Shown: positions 36,479 to 50,543, counted from the stretch's first letter. The stretch is 64,000 nt of DNA from Chiloscyllium plagiosum (GCF_004010195.1 NC_057721.1:44845768-44909767), one strand, 5' to 3'. Notes: a model not told the origin generated them from the sequence alone. A program made the numbers and translations.

Positions 36479-37317
36479 TTTTTTTTCTTTTTTTCTTTTT
36501 TTTTTCTTCCTTTAACCCCCACACTACCACCTAAGTGCGGTAGTGCTTATTTTTTTTCCCCAGCACCCATGGTGTGTGTGTGCAGGTGTGAGACACAGTG
36601 AGAGACACAAGGTGCACGAATCTTTATTCAATTTCCACCACCAGGAAGATAGGAAAACACCCGGGTGGCCAGTGACAAACACTGCCCTTCACATCAAAGG
36701 GCAGTGCTGTGTGATCAAAAACAGTGAGAGGGGAGGGTAGGGACTAAATCAAAATAGAGTTGGAGGGAGAAATGATGCACTCCACTCCCTGCGGCGCCCA
36801 CCTCTCCCTGAACAACTCCAGGGTGTTGGTGGGCACCGCGTGCTCCTTCTCCAAGGACACCCGGGCTCTAACGTAACCGCGGAAGAGGGGCAGGCAGTCG
36901 GCCTTAACGACCCCCTCCACGGCCCGCTGCCTGGACCTGTTGATGGCCAGTTTGGCCAGGCCCAGGAGCAGACCCACGAGGAGGTCTTCAGACCTGCCCT
37001 CCTTCCTCCGTACCGGGTGCCCAAAGATCAGGAGCGTGGGACTGAAGTGCAGCCAAAAACAGAGGAGAAGGTTTTTCAGAAAATCGAAAAGGGAGTGCAA
37101 ACGCCCACACCCAATATACACGTGGTCCACGGACTCCACAGCGCCACAGAACAAGCAGTTGGGCTGGGAGTCCGTGAACCACCGCAATCTGCGGTTGCAG
37201 GGGACTGCTGCGTGCAGCACCCTCCACCCCAGATCCCCGAGAGAAAGGGGGAGGACTCCCGCGTAGAGAGCCCTCCACTGGGGATCCCCACCGCCCGGTG
37301 GCAAATGGGCACGCCAA
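36479..37317 (-). mobile_element. 5'-truncated Tx1 LINE (second family) with a 16-bp TSD
   Basis: Open 186-aa ORF2 C terminus (WRVLH...CLFCGAVESVDHVYIGC), A-rich tail, and TSD CAAACTCATCTTTAAT at 36463-36478 and 37318-37333. Inserted into a CR1. Confidence 0.9.
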
Positions 37318-37415
37318 CAAACTCATCTTTAATAATGTACTCTAAAGTCTTACCAATGGTCAGCCTAAAATGTCCCATCTTCTGTCTCCATCCCTTCTTA
37401 AACAGGGATGTAACA

Positions 37416-38049
37416 TGTCATAAAGCTGGTCCTTTTTTCTAAAATCTGTTCCTTTTCTCAATGATACTGTGTCCTTGGCTTTTTTCAGAGGGGTCATAAA
37501 CAGGCCAGGCTCCGAGATGGCTGGGTTTGGTACAGAGATCAAAGGCCTTTTTGCTTATACATAAACAGATGAGTTTTTAGGCCAAAGCTTTTATGTTTTT
37601 AGAAGTGGCCTGTATAAATCAAGCGGTGAGACCAACTCTCGATCTGAGCAGTTCAGTCCAGAACTAGTTAAGGAGTTCAGCAGTGGACTGTGTGAAGAAG
37701 TGCTGCTAGAGTCTCTCTCCATCTGCCCTTCTAACTGCGATCTGTAAAGCTTTGTTTCACTTTTACTGTGTTTAAGGGGTTTGCTTATTGGGACTGTTGT
37801 GTATATTTGGAACAGCATAATTAAGTCTGGTTTAGATAGATTGAGTTCTGTAGGGGTTCTTTATTCTATCCTTTGTGCTTCATTATATAATTTGGTGAAT
37901 AAATTTTTGTCTGTTTTGAAACCTAGTAGTCAACCTAGCTAAATTACTCTGGGTAATTTTCACTGTACACTTACCAAAACAAATTGCAAAGTTATGGTCT
38001 GGGCTGCCTGCTAAAGAATGTTTTGAGCGGTCTAGCCTAGTCCATAACA
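37416..38049 (+). mobile_element. Solo LTR in a CR1
   Basis: TGTCA...TAACA termini, TSD AACA/AACG and an internal AATAAA. Confidence 0.85.
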
Positions 38050-39159
38050 AACGTTAGCCATTTTCCAGTCCTCTGGGACCTTCCCTGATAACTATTGCTT
38101 TCAGAGTCCAGTGTACTGAAGTTGAAGCGGTGGTCAGGTGCCTATAGCAGAAATGCTTACAAGCACACCTTTAGATAAGTTAGCAGAACATAGGAGAAGC
38201 CTTTAAGATCACATTTGAAAAACACATGCCCTGAAATCACCTTCAGAAAGAACAAAGAATTACGAGGTGGAATCTACATGGAAAATAAAGTTGGTGACTT
38301 CACTCGAATTAGGATAGGGTTTGATTCAACCCAAATTTAAAGATCCTGCCAGACCTGCTGAGCTTTTCCGGCAACTTCTTTTTTGTTTCTGAAAGAGTTA
38401 AAGTTCCTGTTAAATGTGAATTAAGTAATGTAAATGAAGTGAGTTAAAGTTAAGTTTAAGTTAGATGAAGTAAGAAGTAAATGCTGCAATAAATGTATGT
38501 TTTATATTGAGTTTTGGTACTTTAAGAATTAAACAGAGTTTGTTTAATTAAATTCTGAATTGGTTCCCTGCCTTTTATCTGCCAAACAAGAGAAGAACAC
38601 CTGGGTAAAAGGTTTGAGTACTCCTTTTCGGGCAACAAATCTGGCAACTGCCATGCTCCAAGTTCAATTTCATATTCCTAATAGAAGCTGACTCTGTTTT
38701 CTTCCTTCACCAGCATCCCCTCAGGAATGTAACTCTGTGTTCATTTAATAGTTCCTACAACCCCATGGAATCCTCCAGTTCTGAAAAAAATAGCCTTTTC
38801 AATCAATGAATACTGTTGAATTGTCTAAATTAAGTTAGCAAAGTTGGCATTGCTGACAACTTCTCAAGGAGTGGACAGCAAAATGGCTGTCTTGTCAAGA
38901 TTGCCAGAGGTTCATGTCTAAATGATACTCAGTGTCAGCCTCAGTACAAATATCTGAGAAGAACCTAACACAATGCTCCGCTAACATTTACATCCAATTC
39001 CAGACACCTTCACACAAGTCAGTAGATCCAATGGTTTGACCGAGACCCTGAGGATAGAAATGTGAAAAGTGATTTCTCACAATTCTGGGCAACATCTTTC
39101 AGGATCTACATGTTTTAGTTAGCACTTTCTACCTTCCCAACAGGCTTAACTTAGCAATA

Positions 39160-40050
39160 GAACATAAAGCCATAGAAAGCTTACAGAACAGAAAGAGGTC
39201 ATTTTGTCCATCATGTCTATGCTAGCTGAATAAACTAACTACTCATTCTAATCCCACTTTCCAGCACTTGGAAAGTCTTCACATTATAAAGTTTCATGTT
39301 CAAATCTAGGTTCCTTTTAGTTGGTTGATGGTTTCTTCCTCAACTCCCAAAATGGACAGCAAATCACAGATACCCACTACTTTCTGGGTGAAAACATTTT
39401 TCCTCATATCCATTCTAACCTTTGTAGTAATCACCATATGTCTGTGCTCCATGGTAATTGGCCTCTCCACTGGGGAAAGTAGGTCTTCCCTGTCCAATCT
39501 TTCTAAACTCCTCAGCCTCCCTTGTTCTATGAGAATCTTATCCAGCTTCCCTCATAGGATTCACTCCAAGGTCTCTCTCTTCCTCTGTCCCTCTCAACAC
39601 CTTCCCAATTATTGTGTATTTCCTTTGCTTTGTTTGCCCTCCACAAATGCAAAGCCTTGTGCTTCTCTGGATTGAATTCCACTTATCCCTTTTCTACCTA
39701 CACAACCAAACCATTGATATCATTCTGTGGTCAACAGCCTCTCTCTTCATTATCAAATATATGGCCAATTTTATATGTCAGCAGCAAATTTCCCAATCAT
39801 GCTTCCCACAGTTAAGTCTATATCAATAATACATATCGTAAACAGCAAGGTATCGAACACAGCCTTGTGGAACACCACTGGAAACCACTTTCCATTAGCA
39901 AAAATATCCTCAACCATTACACTTTGTTTCCTGTCAGTGAGCGAACTTTGGATCCAGATTGGCCCATTTCCATCCGTCTCTCTGGCTTTAACTTCCCTGA
40001 CTGGCCTGTCCTGTGAAACCTTGTCAAATGCATTTATAACATCTGCCTCC
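39160..40050 (-). mobile_element. CR1 LINE fragment
   Basis: WIQSSLTDRKQSV...IGKFAADI and MRKNVFTQKVV. Confidence 0.8.
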
Positions 40051-41452
40051 ACGATTGTCCTCACAACTTTTCCCTCACCAGTACCTGACCTCCAATTTTC
40101 TGTTTCTGTGTCTGACATATGTGCTAATTTTCAGTCATACTAGTTATAGACTCCAAAATAAAATGCAAGCATTGATTTCTGATAATTTCTGTTGAATAGA
40201 GTTGTTGCAGCAGTAATGAATGTAGTGATCATTACAATGTTAAACTATCTTTTACTGGGATCATTTTAACTTTTAGTGATGTTTAAAAACAGGCAATATT
40301 GGATCAACAGCCTGTTACACACCCAATTTCTCATTCCATGTATGCCAAGTGAAAGGGAACCTATATGAGATGACATTCTGACACTATCTGTTCTATACCA
40401 TTACTGAAAATTTCAACTACTTTTATTGCCTTTAGCAAATCCTAAACCACATTTCACAATCCTGCTGCTCTGGTAATTGAACCCCTCGGGGGTTAGGTTT
40501 AGCTTAGTAATAGCTTTTAATTTCTTATTGTCAGTTCATAAAATGTAGATACCATTGGCTATGCTAGCATTTATTGTCTTCCTTTAATTGTGTATCATCC
40601 CAAAGTTCCCCTTTACAAAAAATTTCAAAATGTCACCCTCAGGTATTATCATTAATTACATCTCAAAGATTGTCTTGAGTTTTCAAAGGTTAGTTAGGTT
40701 TCTGTTGAAGTTTAGGGGAATTTGTGATTTGCTTAAGATATTTATTCAAATTATTTGCAGATCCCTGAAACCAGATTATTGTATAATAAATTAATGCAGT
40801 GGAACTTGCTCAATGAATGAATGGAATTTTTAAAACTTTATGGAAAGTCATAAAGAAATCAACATTTTTATAATATGGGTAGAACAATGTTTCTATGTCC
40901 TATATGAAGGAGAAAGCATTTAAAACTAATAAAATGCTGGACTAAATATAAAATATTATTGGATTTTTCTACACGTAATTTTTGAAATTGCTCGATAGTG
41001 TTTTGCCCTTGGAGCTGAAAAAAAGAGAAATGTTGATTCGTGTTTTTGGCCAGTACATGGCACTGTTGTACTCTGCAATTGTTGTTTTGTGGCCTGTTAG
41101 GAGAAAGGTTTTAAAAGACAAAGCATATAACTATACCGTGTAAATGAGTACCAGATTCATCCCTATAAAGCTAGGAATGTTAGAGCAAAATCCACAGATC
41201 CTGGTGCACACTCCAAAAAATCGTTAAAATAAAATAACTAACCAACTGGCAGACATTAAGACACATCGTATGATTTTACACCACCTAATGCTGAATTTTC
41301 CTGATCACATTCATAATTAATCTAATGGATGACTTTGCATTATGCAGTCATTTAGAATTAGAAGCATGATAAAGAACACTTTATGTTTTTGTGCCCATAT
41401 AGGCTAAAAGTAACATTCTGACACATTCATACACGGTTCTTAAAGTTGAAGA

Positions 41453-41793
41453 GCAGCACAACAGCTCAGTAGTTAGGACTGCTGCCTCACAGCATCAGGG
41501 ATCTAGATTTAATTCCAGCCTTGGGTGACTGTGTGGAGTTTGCACATTCTCCCCGTGATTGTGTGGGTTTCCTCTGGGTGATCCAATTTCCTCCCACGAT
41601 CTAAAGATGTGCAGGTAAGGTGGACTTGCCATGCTAGGTGGCCCATAGTGTACAGGCTAGGTGGATTAGCCATAGGAAATGCAGGGTTACAGGGGTAGGT
41701 TACTGGTGTGGGTCTGGGAGGGATACTGTTTGCAGGGTTAGTGTGGACTTGGTGGTCTGAATGGCCAGCTTCCACACTGTAGGGATTCTATGA
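41453..41793 (+). mobile_element. HE1-type V-SINE
   Basis: Head ctcagtagttaggactgctgcctcacag and core gtgtggagtttgcacattctccccgtg. Confidence 0.85.
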
Positions 41794-44209
41794 TGCTTGA
41801 AACACAGTCAAATAATACTTCCTAAGAATTCTTGATTACCAACTGAATATTAAATCTGGTTGTAAATGGCACTACCTCCCAGACTGTGTTAATGTCATTA
41901 ACCAGGAGAAGTAATCTTACAAATTTTCAGAAAATTGCTCTCTTCAAAGAAAAATTGTCACATTTTTTCATTGGTTGTTAGCCTTATCTGACTGAATGCA
42001 AAGTGCCCTTATTAATCGTGCAGCATATATCCTACTCTACCAATTTTAGTGAAAAGCTTTGAGCTTTATTAGTAAAATCGTAAACATATTTGGGAAAAAA
42101 AAGGGTTTATAATTTCTGGAGCCAATAAACCGAAGAAATCCTCACGAAAGCATGTATGATGTCAGTAATGTAACAACCAGCTGATTTCTGACAACGTTAT
42201 CTTTCCATGTTTGGCCCTTCTAAAGATGAAGAAAACTCCTTTGCTGAACATGTAGTGGCTTTCCAATGAATGATTATATAACAATAGCTGTGCAACAGAA
42301 TTAAAGGTATACAGTCACTTAAATACAAGTTGTTGCATGTCGTATGATTTCTTACTTCTTTCAAAGATTGCGAGGATTTAAAAATATTTTTCAATCTTTC
42401 CAAAGCTAGTTATGGAAACAAAGTGTGCAACCAAGTTATAAAACTCAGTGCCCAAGTTCCCTTTTTCAGGGCTTGAAAAGGACATTGGATGATTGTTTGG
42501 ATAAAAGAATAATGCACAAGGATATGGAGATAGAGCAGGAGATGGCTCATTTAACAAGTTGGTATAAGTACAAAAGGCCAAATGACCTCCTTCTGTGCAT
42601 AACACTTCAGTGATTAATGGAGTGAGCTGTTACATGAGTTGACTGCTAGGGGAGAACCTTTCCCAAAGGATAATAGTGTGGTATATTTGGAGTCAAAACT
42701 AAATATACAATTCCAAGTCCTTGCAGATGCTAGACCTTAAAACAACTGACAAGATAATGTTATCCAATCATACCATTAAACTGCCAGGTAGTCCCTCAAA
42801 TATACATGGCAAAATTGTTCAATATCAATTTATTTTGCATTTGCTGTTGACCGATGTCAAATCTTTATACAGCCCAACAGCACTGTTTTAAAATGCTCAA
42901 AATCCATTCTGCACCTTATAAATCAAAGACCTGCCATATTCATCTTCAAAGGGTTTCTCATTTTAAATGATTATAGCATAACCCGGTGAAAAAGAACACA
43001 GTCATTAAATGCCACAAAGGATGGGCTATGGTGTAGCCTCAGCAAGATGTCACTTACTCCAGGAGTACAGTTCTGAGCTAAAGGAAAGTGCAGAATTTAC
43101 ACCCCTTGATGTGTATTGAGCAGGTCACTTTGGGCATGCCAGCATGAATATTTGTTCTTAAATTCCCACTTATTCTTGGTTCTGAGATAGACATCTGCAC
43201 AAAGATCATGCTAGTATTTCATACACAGGTATATGTTACTTTATGAATGCTGTAGTAAATGTTGTAATTGTAATTGTGTCTTATTATACATCAAAGATTA
43301 CTCTGCCTGGAAACCAGGCGTGTGGTTGGCTGGATTGGGATAAAATGGAAAAAGTAATGAAAACATTCTTCTCATTCTAATCTCATCGACGGCAGCTTTT
43401 AAGTCTTTCAATATGGCCTGATCTGCCTTTTTAAACCAAGACTTGATCAGAAGAACAGTGAGGCTTGCCAATCTGGCCAAACTTGTTCTTCTGGACATCA
43501 CAAAGAAACAGAATCCCTCTGATGTCTAGTTATGTTTTATCATGTGGCTACATTCTATTGTGTGTGCATGGCATTCTTTGTTCTGTGTAGCTATGCTTTG
43601 TTGGCTATTGATATGCTGTATTGTCTGTGGTTATGCTTTGTTTTATGGGCATATTGCATTTTTGTGTCTTTTCACTGCTACATGCTAAAATAGCATAGAC
43701 TTTAAAATTGGCAATGAATACTTTAAAGAAAGATTTGTGTATCACATCCAAGTTTTTCCCCTCTGATTGAAACAATGAAGACTTGTAAACCTGCAAACTT
43801 GAAAGATTATGGTCATTTAGCCATTCAGTACTTGGTCTGGATAAACCACATAAAGTACATTCAGACCCTACTCTCTTCTACTTAAACTGCTCATTATTCC
43901 TCATCATCCTGGAATGCAATAATTGCATCAACTGGTTTTCTCCCCTGTGAATTATCTTCTTAAACCATTCTTCCAAATCTGTTCCATCAGCTAAAAGAAA
44001 TTGAAAGGAACTCATGGATTCCTTTATCACTGAGATCTATACCATCCCACCAGTGGCAGCTTCTTCTTCCCTCCCTTCCTGCTCGGAAGGTCTCCCCTGC
44101 TCTAACACTGAAATTGTATCCTTCTTCACATTTTCTGCTATCTCTACATGACATCACAGAGCTGATTCAGACCCTTGACAGCTTCGTCTTTCCTATTGCC
44201 ACTAAGCTA

Positions 44210-45820
44210 TGAGACATAAGACATCGGAGTGGAAGCAAGGCCATTTGGCCCATCAAGTCCAGTCCTCCATTTAATCATGGCTGATAGGCGATTCAATTCC
44301 ACTGACCAACACTCTCCTCATAGCCCTTAATTCCTTGCGAGATCAAGAATTTATCAATCTCTGCCTTGAAGACGCCCAGTGTGCTGGCCTCCACTGCGCT
44401 CCATGGCAACAAATCCCACAGGCCCACCACTCTCTGGCTGAAGAAATGTCTCCTCATTTTCGTTCTACATTGACCCCCTCTAATATTAAGGCTGTGCCCA
44501 CAGGTCCTGGTCTCCCACCTAACGGAAACAACTTCAAAGCGTCCACCCTTTCTAAGCCATGCATTATCTTGTAAGTTTCTATTAGATCTCCCCTCAACCT
44601 TCTAAACTGTAATGAATACAATCCCAGGATCCTCAGCCATATGTTAGGCCTACCATTCCAGGGATCATCCGTGTGAATCTCTGCTGGACACACTCCAGTG
44701 CCACTATGTCCTTCCTGAGGTGTGAGGCCCAAAAATGGACACTATATTCTAAATGGGGCCTAACTAGAAGTTTATAAAATCTCAGAAGCACGTTGCTGCT
44801 TTTATATTCCAACCCTCTTGAGATAAGTGACAACATTGCATTTCTTTCTTAATCATGGACTCAACCTACAAATCAAACTTTAGAGAATCCTGGACTAGTA
44901 CTCCCAGATCCCTTTGTACTTTGGCTTTATGAATTTTCTCACTGCTTAGAAAATAGTCCATGCCTGTGTTCTTCTTTCCAAAGTGCAAGACCTTGCATTT
45001 GCTCATCAGCCATTTGAATTTCATCAGCCATTTTCTGGACCACTCTCCTGAACTGTCTAAATTTTTCTGCAACCTCCTCACCTCCTCAGTACTACCTGTC
45101 TGTCTGCCTAACTTTGTATCATCGGCGAACTTCGCCAGAATGCCACCAGTCCCTTCATCCAGATCATTAATATATAAAGTGAACAGCTGCAGCCCCAACA
45201 TTAAACCATGCAGGACACCACTTGTCATCAGCTGAAATTGTTTTATCCCCACTCCCTGCCTTCTGTCAGACAGCCAATCCTCAATCCATGCTAGTAGCTC
45301 ACCTCGAAAACCATGGGCCCTCACCTTACTCAGCAGCCTCCCATGAGGCATCTTATCAAAGGCCTTTTGGAAGTCTAGGTAGATAACATCCACTGAGTTT
45401 CCCTGGTCTAACCTACTTGTTACCTCTTCAAATAATTCTAACAGACTTGTCAGGCAAGTCCTCCCCTTACAAAATCCATGCTGACTTCTTCTAATCTGAC
45501 ACTGCACTTTCAAGAACTTAGAAATCTCATTCTTAATGATGGATTCTAGAATTTTACCTACAACCGAGGTTAGGCTAATCAGCCTATAACTTTCCATCTT
45601 TTGTCTTGATGCTTTCATGAACACAAAGGGGTTACAACAGCAATTTTCCAATCATCTGAGACTTTCCCTGACTCCAGTGATTTTTGAAAGGTCACAGTCA
45701 GCACCTCCGCTATTTCCTTAGCCCTCAGAACTCTAGGATGTAGCTCATCGGGGCCAGGAGATTTATCAATTTTCAGACCTTTTAGCTTTTCGAGCACTTT
45801 CTCTTTTGTAATGGCTTTGA
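44210..45820 (-). mobile_element. CR1 LINE, 5'-truncated, RT largely readable
   Basis: 261-aa ORF with YRLISLTSVVGKILE, YLDFQKAFD, LFTLYINDL and AKFADDTK. Confidence 0.92.
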
Positions 45821-45829
45821 TCCCTGGTT

Positions 45830-48345
45830 GTCTTGTTCTCTCTCTACACATACTGTACCTCTCTTCTGTGAAACTGTTCAAATCATCCCTCGTCTTAAAA
45901 AACAACCATTGACATTTGACAACCTTTTATATTAGGACCCTATCTCAAACCTTTCTTTCCTCTCCAAAGCCCTTGAATATGTGCCACCATCCAAAATCCA
46001 TGTCAGTTCTCCCAGAACGCCATATTTGAATCCCTCCTTTCGGAAAGTAGTTTTTATCAAAGTCACAACTGATATTTACTATGACCGTGATGAAGGTGAC
46101 AATTTCCATTCTTATCCTTCACAATTTGTCTGCCGCCTTTAGCACGGTTGATAATAACACTCTCCAGTGCTGCCTACTTTCTCCAGCTGGTCAGCCCTAC
46201 TATTACCTGTCTATTCCTATCTTCTAATCATAGTGACAGCATCATTTTCAATAGTTTCTTATCCCTCTCCCACATAATTAGGTCAGCCGTTCTCAAGAAT
46301 CTATACTTAAACACATTTTTTCTAAGTAACGTATTGTCCCAATGCAACATAATCTACAAACAATGCATCAGTTTTCGTAGGTTCACTACTGGCACCCAGC
46401 TAGCTCATCATTCTCTCAATTCCTTCATTGCTGCTAAATTATTGGATTGCTAATCTGGTGTCCAATATTGGGTGAACATTTTTTTTTCCCAGTTAGCATC
46501 AGGAAGTGTTATGATCCCAGACCACACTGCCACTTTTTTATTACAATCTGGTTAGGGACCAATAACAATTTTTTAAAGCAGGCAAAATGAGAGATTCAAA
46601 GGTCTCATTCAGAGAATAAAACACAAGTTTCCATTCTTTTGAACAAATGGTAATAAACTCTATATTATGTTATAGTATTTTAAACAGATATTAATAAAGT
46701 ATTACATTTTAACAATCTGTTTGAATTAACCTGAGATAAAAATGCGTAATAAATGCACTGTGGATGAATACATGACAAAACATACCAAATAACTGATGTA
46801 ATCAAGACAGATCCCACAAATTTCTCAGCATTCTCCCAAAAGTCAATTGCACAGCAGCTCACCGAATCTCATTAAAACCATAAGGGATTCCAATTATTCA
46901 CTGTTCATGACCTTGCTATAGAACTCCCTCAAAATCACTCTGTCAGGGATTGTCTCAAAGGCTACCTACAGTCTGGTAATTCACTCTCACAATTAGCACA
47001 GCCCTGTCTTGGCTTCTAGAAATAGTACTCCAGCATTTATTAGGAACAATTCCTTCAACCTCACTTCCGCCGCACTATTAGGGCAACACAGCTAATAGTG
47101 TTGCCACCTTTATATTAGGTTCCCACAGCTCCCAAGTTTTTCTTGAGCCTTAACCACAACACTGAGTTGATTTTCTGGCTGTCCATACTCCAGAGTTCTA
47201 ATGGATCAGAGGCTGTAGCAGGAGATTTATGAGGTGGAGTCTTTATTTCCTGTTCCTAACTCTGGACTGACTGAGATAGGAACCTTCTCCTCTGACTGTC
47301 TATGTCCAACTGACTGTTCAATTATTCTTGAACTGTTCTAAGTGACCTATTGAAAACATTGCAATTATTATTATTATTATTGCTTGAAAGTTTTTAATGT
47401 AACTAGTAGTTTGGAACAAAGGTAACAATGCCTTGCAATTGTTTGTTTTATGAATGTTATAACATTCATAGATTGCTAACTTGCAAAGTAAAAAGTAAAA
47501 CTAAAACATGATTCCATCACAGAAGACTGAAACCAATGACTTGTGTCCCTTTTAAAATTTTTGTCCCCTGACTATTAACACCACCGCTCTCCACGGAAAC
47601 TATTTCAGGTGGAAATTGGCTGTTCATAACCTTGGTGTTATACTTGATCCTGCGATGCATATCCAATCACACATCTGTTCCATCACCAAGTCTGGTTGTA
47701 TTCATATGCATAAAATACTTGACTTTAACCCTCCTCAGTTCACCTGCTTCCAAACTCTCATTCATGCATTTATTATTTTGAAACATTTCTATATCACTGT
47801 ATTGATTATTGTAACACGTCGGCTTGTGTCCCAAATTTGTTTCTCCATAAACTCTGTTGTTCTTGTCTTTTCAGCAATGCACTGATGCTCGCTGTCTGTC
47901 TCAAATTCCCCTAAAGCCACAATTTGATTCATAAATTTCACCTGGTTTTCAAATGTTTCCATGGCCTTATCATTACCTCTGTAGTCTTCCCCAGACTAAC
48001 AAATCTCTCAGATATCTCCAATCATTTAATTCTGATCCCTTTAGCAGCCCTTATTTTAGCAACTCAACCATTCGTGACTGGGTCTTCGAGAGTCTAAGTT
48101 CTGAAATTTCCTTGTCAAACCCCACCAATTCTCCACAACCTTTTTCATGTGGCCACAAAAACAGCAGAAGTAGACCATTTCTTTCTTAAATTTACTTCAA
48201 AACATTGACCTCTGATGAAGCTATTGGTCACCTGCTCTAATTTGTTTGGCTCTGTGCCTAATTTGTGTTTTATGATGATCTTATAAACAGCCGAGTGACA
48301 TTCTATTGCATGAAAGTCACTACATAAATGTAAGTTGACGTTGAT
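45830..48345 (+). mobile_element. L2-clade LINE relic (5' part probably at about 43850-44200)
   Basis: Decayed IKVTTDI...LILHNLSAAFSTVD and VHNLGVILDP, with 3' tail ataaatgtaagttg. Confidence 0.65.
46507..47521. mobile_element. Solo LTR in an L2 element
   Basis: TGTTATGA...CATCACA termini with TSD GAAG (46503-46506, 47522-47525). Confidence 0.75.
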
Positions 48346-49693
48346 TGTTACAACTTGCCTTCAGTTCCTCCACCATAATAACTCATGATGGATACCATGG
48401 GACTTCAGCAAGGTAGTCCCAATACTGAGTACTAATACAATTCAAAGATTTGGTTTAAATTTGACTGCAATTCTGAAAAAGTGTCATGATAAAATACATT
48501 ATTTCAGATACTTTGTTTCTTCCCATCAGTTCCTTAATTATTTCTCATCAAAAGACTGAATCCAGGGGAATTAAACTGTTCGTAGAGCTCTAACTGTCTT
48601 CCTTTATTTTCACAACCCATCATTCCTGGACTTCTCAAGCAAATTGGGCTTAAAGCCAATAACAATCTGACTTTTAAAAGTATTAAATTTTGCTTTATCT
48701 TCCTGCCTAATTGCTACATTGAACAGGTTCCATTGTTATTCTTAACTGTTATGACTGTCCTGAAAGAAAAGGAATATAATTGATCTGATTTACTCCATAA
48801 TAATTGTCTGCTTTTTCACAAATTTGTATCCATTAAAAAAATAAATTGAGGTATTCTGAGGGTGATTTCAACTCATTTGCCAAATGCTTTTAGATAGAAT
48901 TGTTATTTTTTAAAAGATTAAATTTTGCATCTGAACATCAGATTAAAAGTAGCTATCAGGAAATTTTCCTTAAAATATGCATAAAATAATTAAAATAATG
49001 AACAAATTATCTGTAAAACAAAAAGATATGAAGTAACTATTAGAATGATTCATTATTTTTCTGTGTCCCAGACTCTTCATTAGCTTAATTTGCAACTGGA
49101 CATGACAAGTGCTTTGGTTCAAACATTTTTCTGCCTGGAAGTGTTATTCTAAAATGTATGGACTAAAATTATGGGCTGGGTTTTAATGTACAAGAATGCA
49201 TAAAATTGGAAGGGGTTGGATTGTTAAAACCAACAAAATTGATAGTGCTTATTTAAACCAATTCCAATTCAGTAGGTCTCTCTTTTCACTGCAGCCAAGA
49301 GGGTGGAAGCAAGGAATCCCCTCAGGAGAAGCAGTTCGTCATTTTCATTATGTTACTCTGTTGACAAGGCCAGTGTTTGTTACCCATTCCAAATTGCCCT
49401 TGAACTGAATTGCTTGCAAGTCCTCTTCAGATGCCAGTCGTGAGTTAACCACATTACAATGGATCTGAGGTGTTTAAAGTGATGTGTGTTTAATGGCTAC
49501 CACAGACTACACATAAAGGCACTTACAGCAGAGGTAAAGGTCACATCGCTTTGACAATCTTGCCAGCAAACAATGTATAATTTCATTTTAGCTAACACCC
49601 ACTTTTCATAAATAAAATTGCATGTGTAATCATTTGTAGTTACAAATTATCCAAGTTACCCAACATACACAGCCAACAATGAAAATTATCGTT

Positions 49694-50080
49694 GATTAAA
49701 AGAGCAGAAGATTAACAGTCAGCTTCCATCAGTCTCTGTACTTGCATTGCATTTAAAATGCTTAAATAATGCAGATCTCCTAATTGTATTCATATCTTTT
49801 ATCATTAGTTGTTCATGATGTATCTGCTTCTTCCGAGAATTATGTTGCTTCTTCAAAGAATGTCATTCGTGTGATGAATGCAGTTGCCATGGTAATAACT
49901 GTTTCTGATACATTTCCATTGCTGGGAGCAATGGACTAATGGTTGTTCAGAATTCCACATAGGTGATGTGATCACATCTTCTTGGTCAGCTGGCTGTAGT
50001 GAAGACACTCCTTCTCCAACTGCAGATAGATGTCTGAAGTTTGCAACACTACTGACTGTTAATCTTCTGCTCTTTTAATC
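49694..50080. repeat. 29-bp perfect inverted repeat pair
   Basis: GATTAAAAGAGCAGAAGATTAACAGTCAG (49694-49722) and its reverse complement (50052-50080). Confidence 0.92.
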
Positions 50081-50424
50081 TTTTCGTTCAGGTTCACTGC
50101 ATATGATTGAGATGAAGACTGCTCAGTACATGTCCCATGTTGACATGTGGACTGGCTATTGTTGAGAGCTTTGAATATTTGCACTCTGGTTCACCACTAC
50201 TTAACCTGAGCAATGACTTGGCAGTTTTATCAAAGTGAAATTTAGAATTCTGTCATTTTGCCTTAATTTTGTTATTTATGCTTCCTACTTTTTTCTGGCT
50301 TCATTGGTTCTTTCACCCTTGGAACAGTATTTCAGTTGTGGCATGACATTGTTCCTTGGACCGGACTACTTTCCAGTTCTCCAGGAAGTATGTTTTTCTA
50401 CCTAAGGATTGCTTTGCCAAAGGC

Positions 50425-50543
50425 AGTAGTGGGTACTGCAGATACTGGAGATTAGAGTCAAGATTAGAGTGTTGCTGGAAAAGCACAGCAGGCCAGGCAG
50501 CGTCCGAGGAGCAGGAAAATTGATGTTTTGGGCAAAAGCCCTT
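50425..50543 (-). mobile_element. Penelope 3'-end mini-element (similar copy at about 25150-25330)
   Basis: Reverse complement of aagggcttttgcccaaaacatc...ctccagtatctgcagtacccact. Confidence 0.75.

Larger units (their letters stand above)
36216..38090 (-). mobile_element. CR1 fragment hosting the Tx1 and solo-LTR insertions
   Basis: QHNFIKKRSCLTNFLESLEEVT...VDAIYLDF continues across both insertions. Confidence 0.8.

Noticed and set aside
43287-43380. Plus-strand peptide ITLPGNQACGWLDWDKMEKVMK, vaguely macro-domain-like
   Set aside because: Too short, weak acceptor, and no supporting upstream exons.
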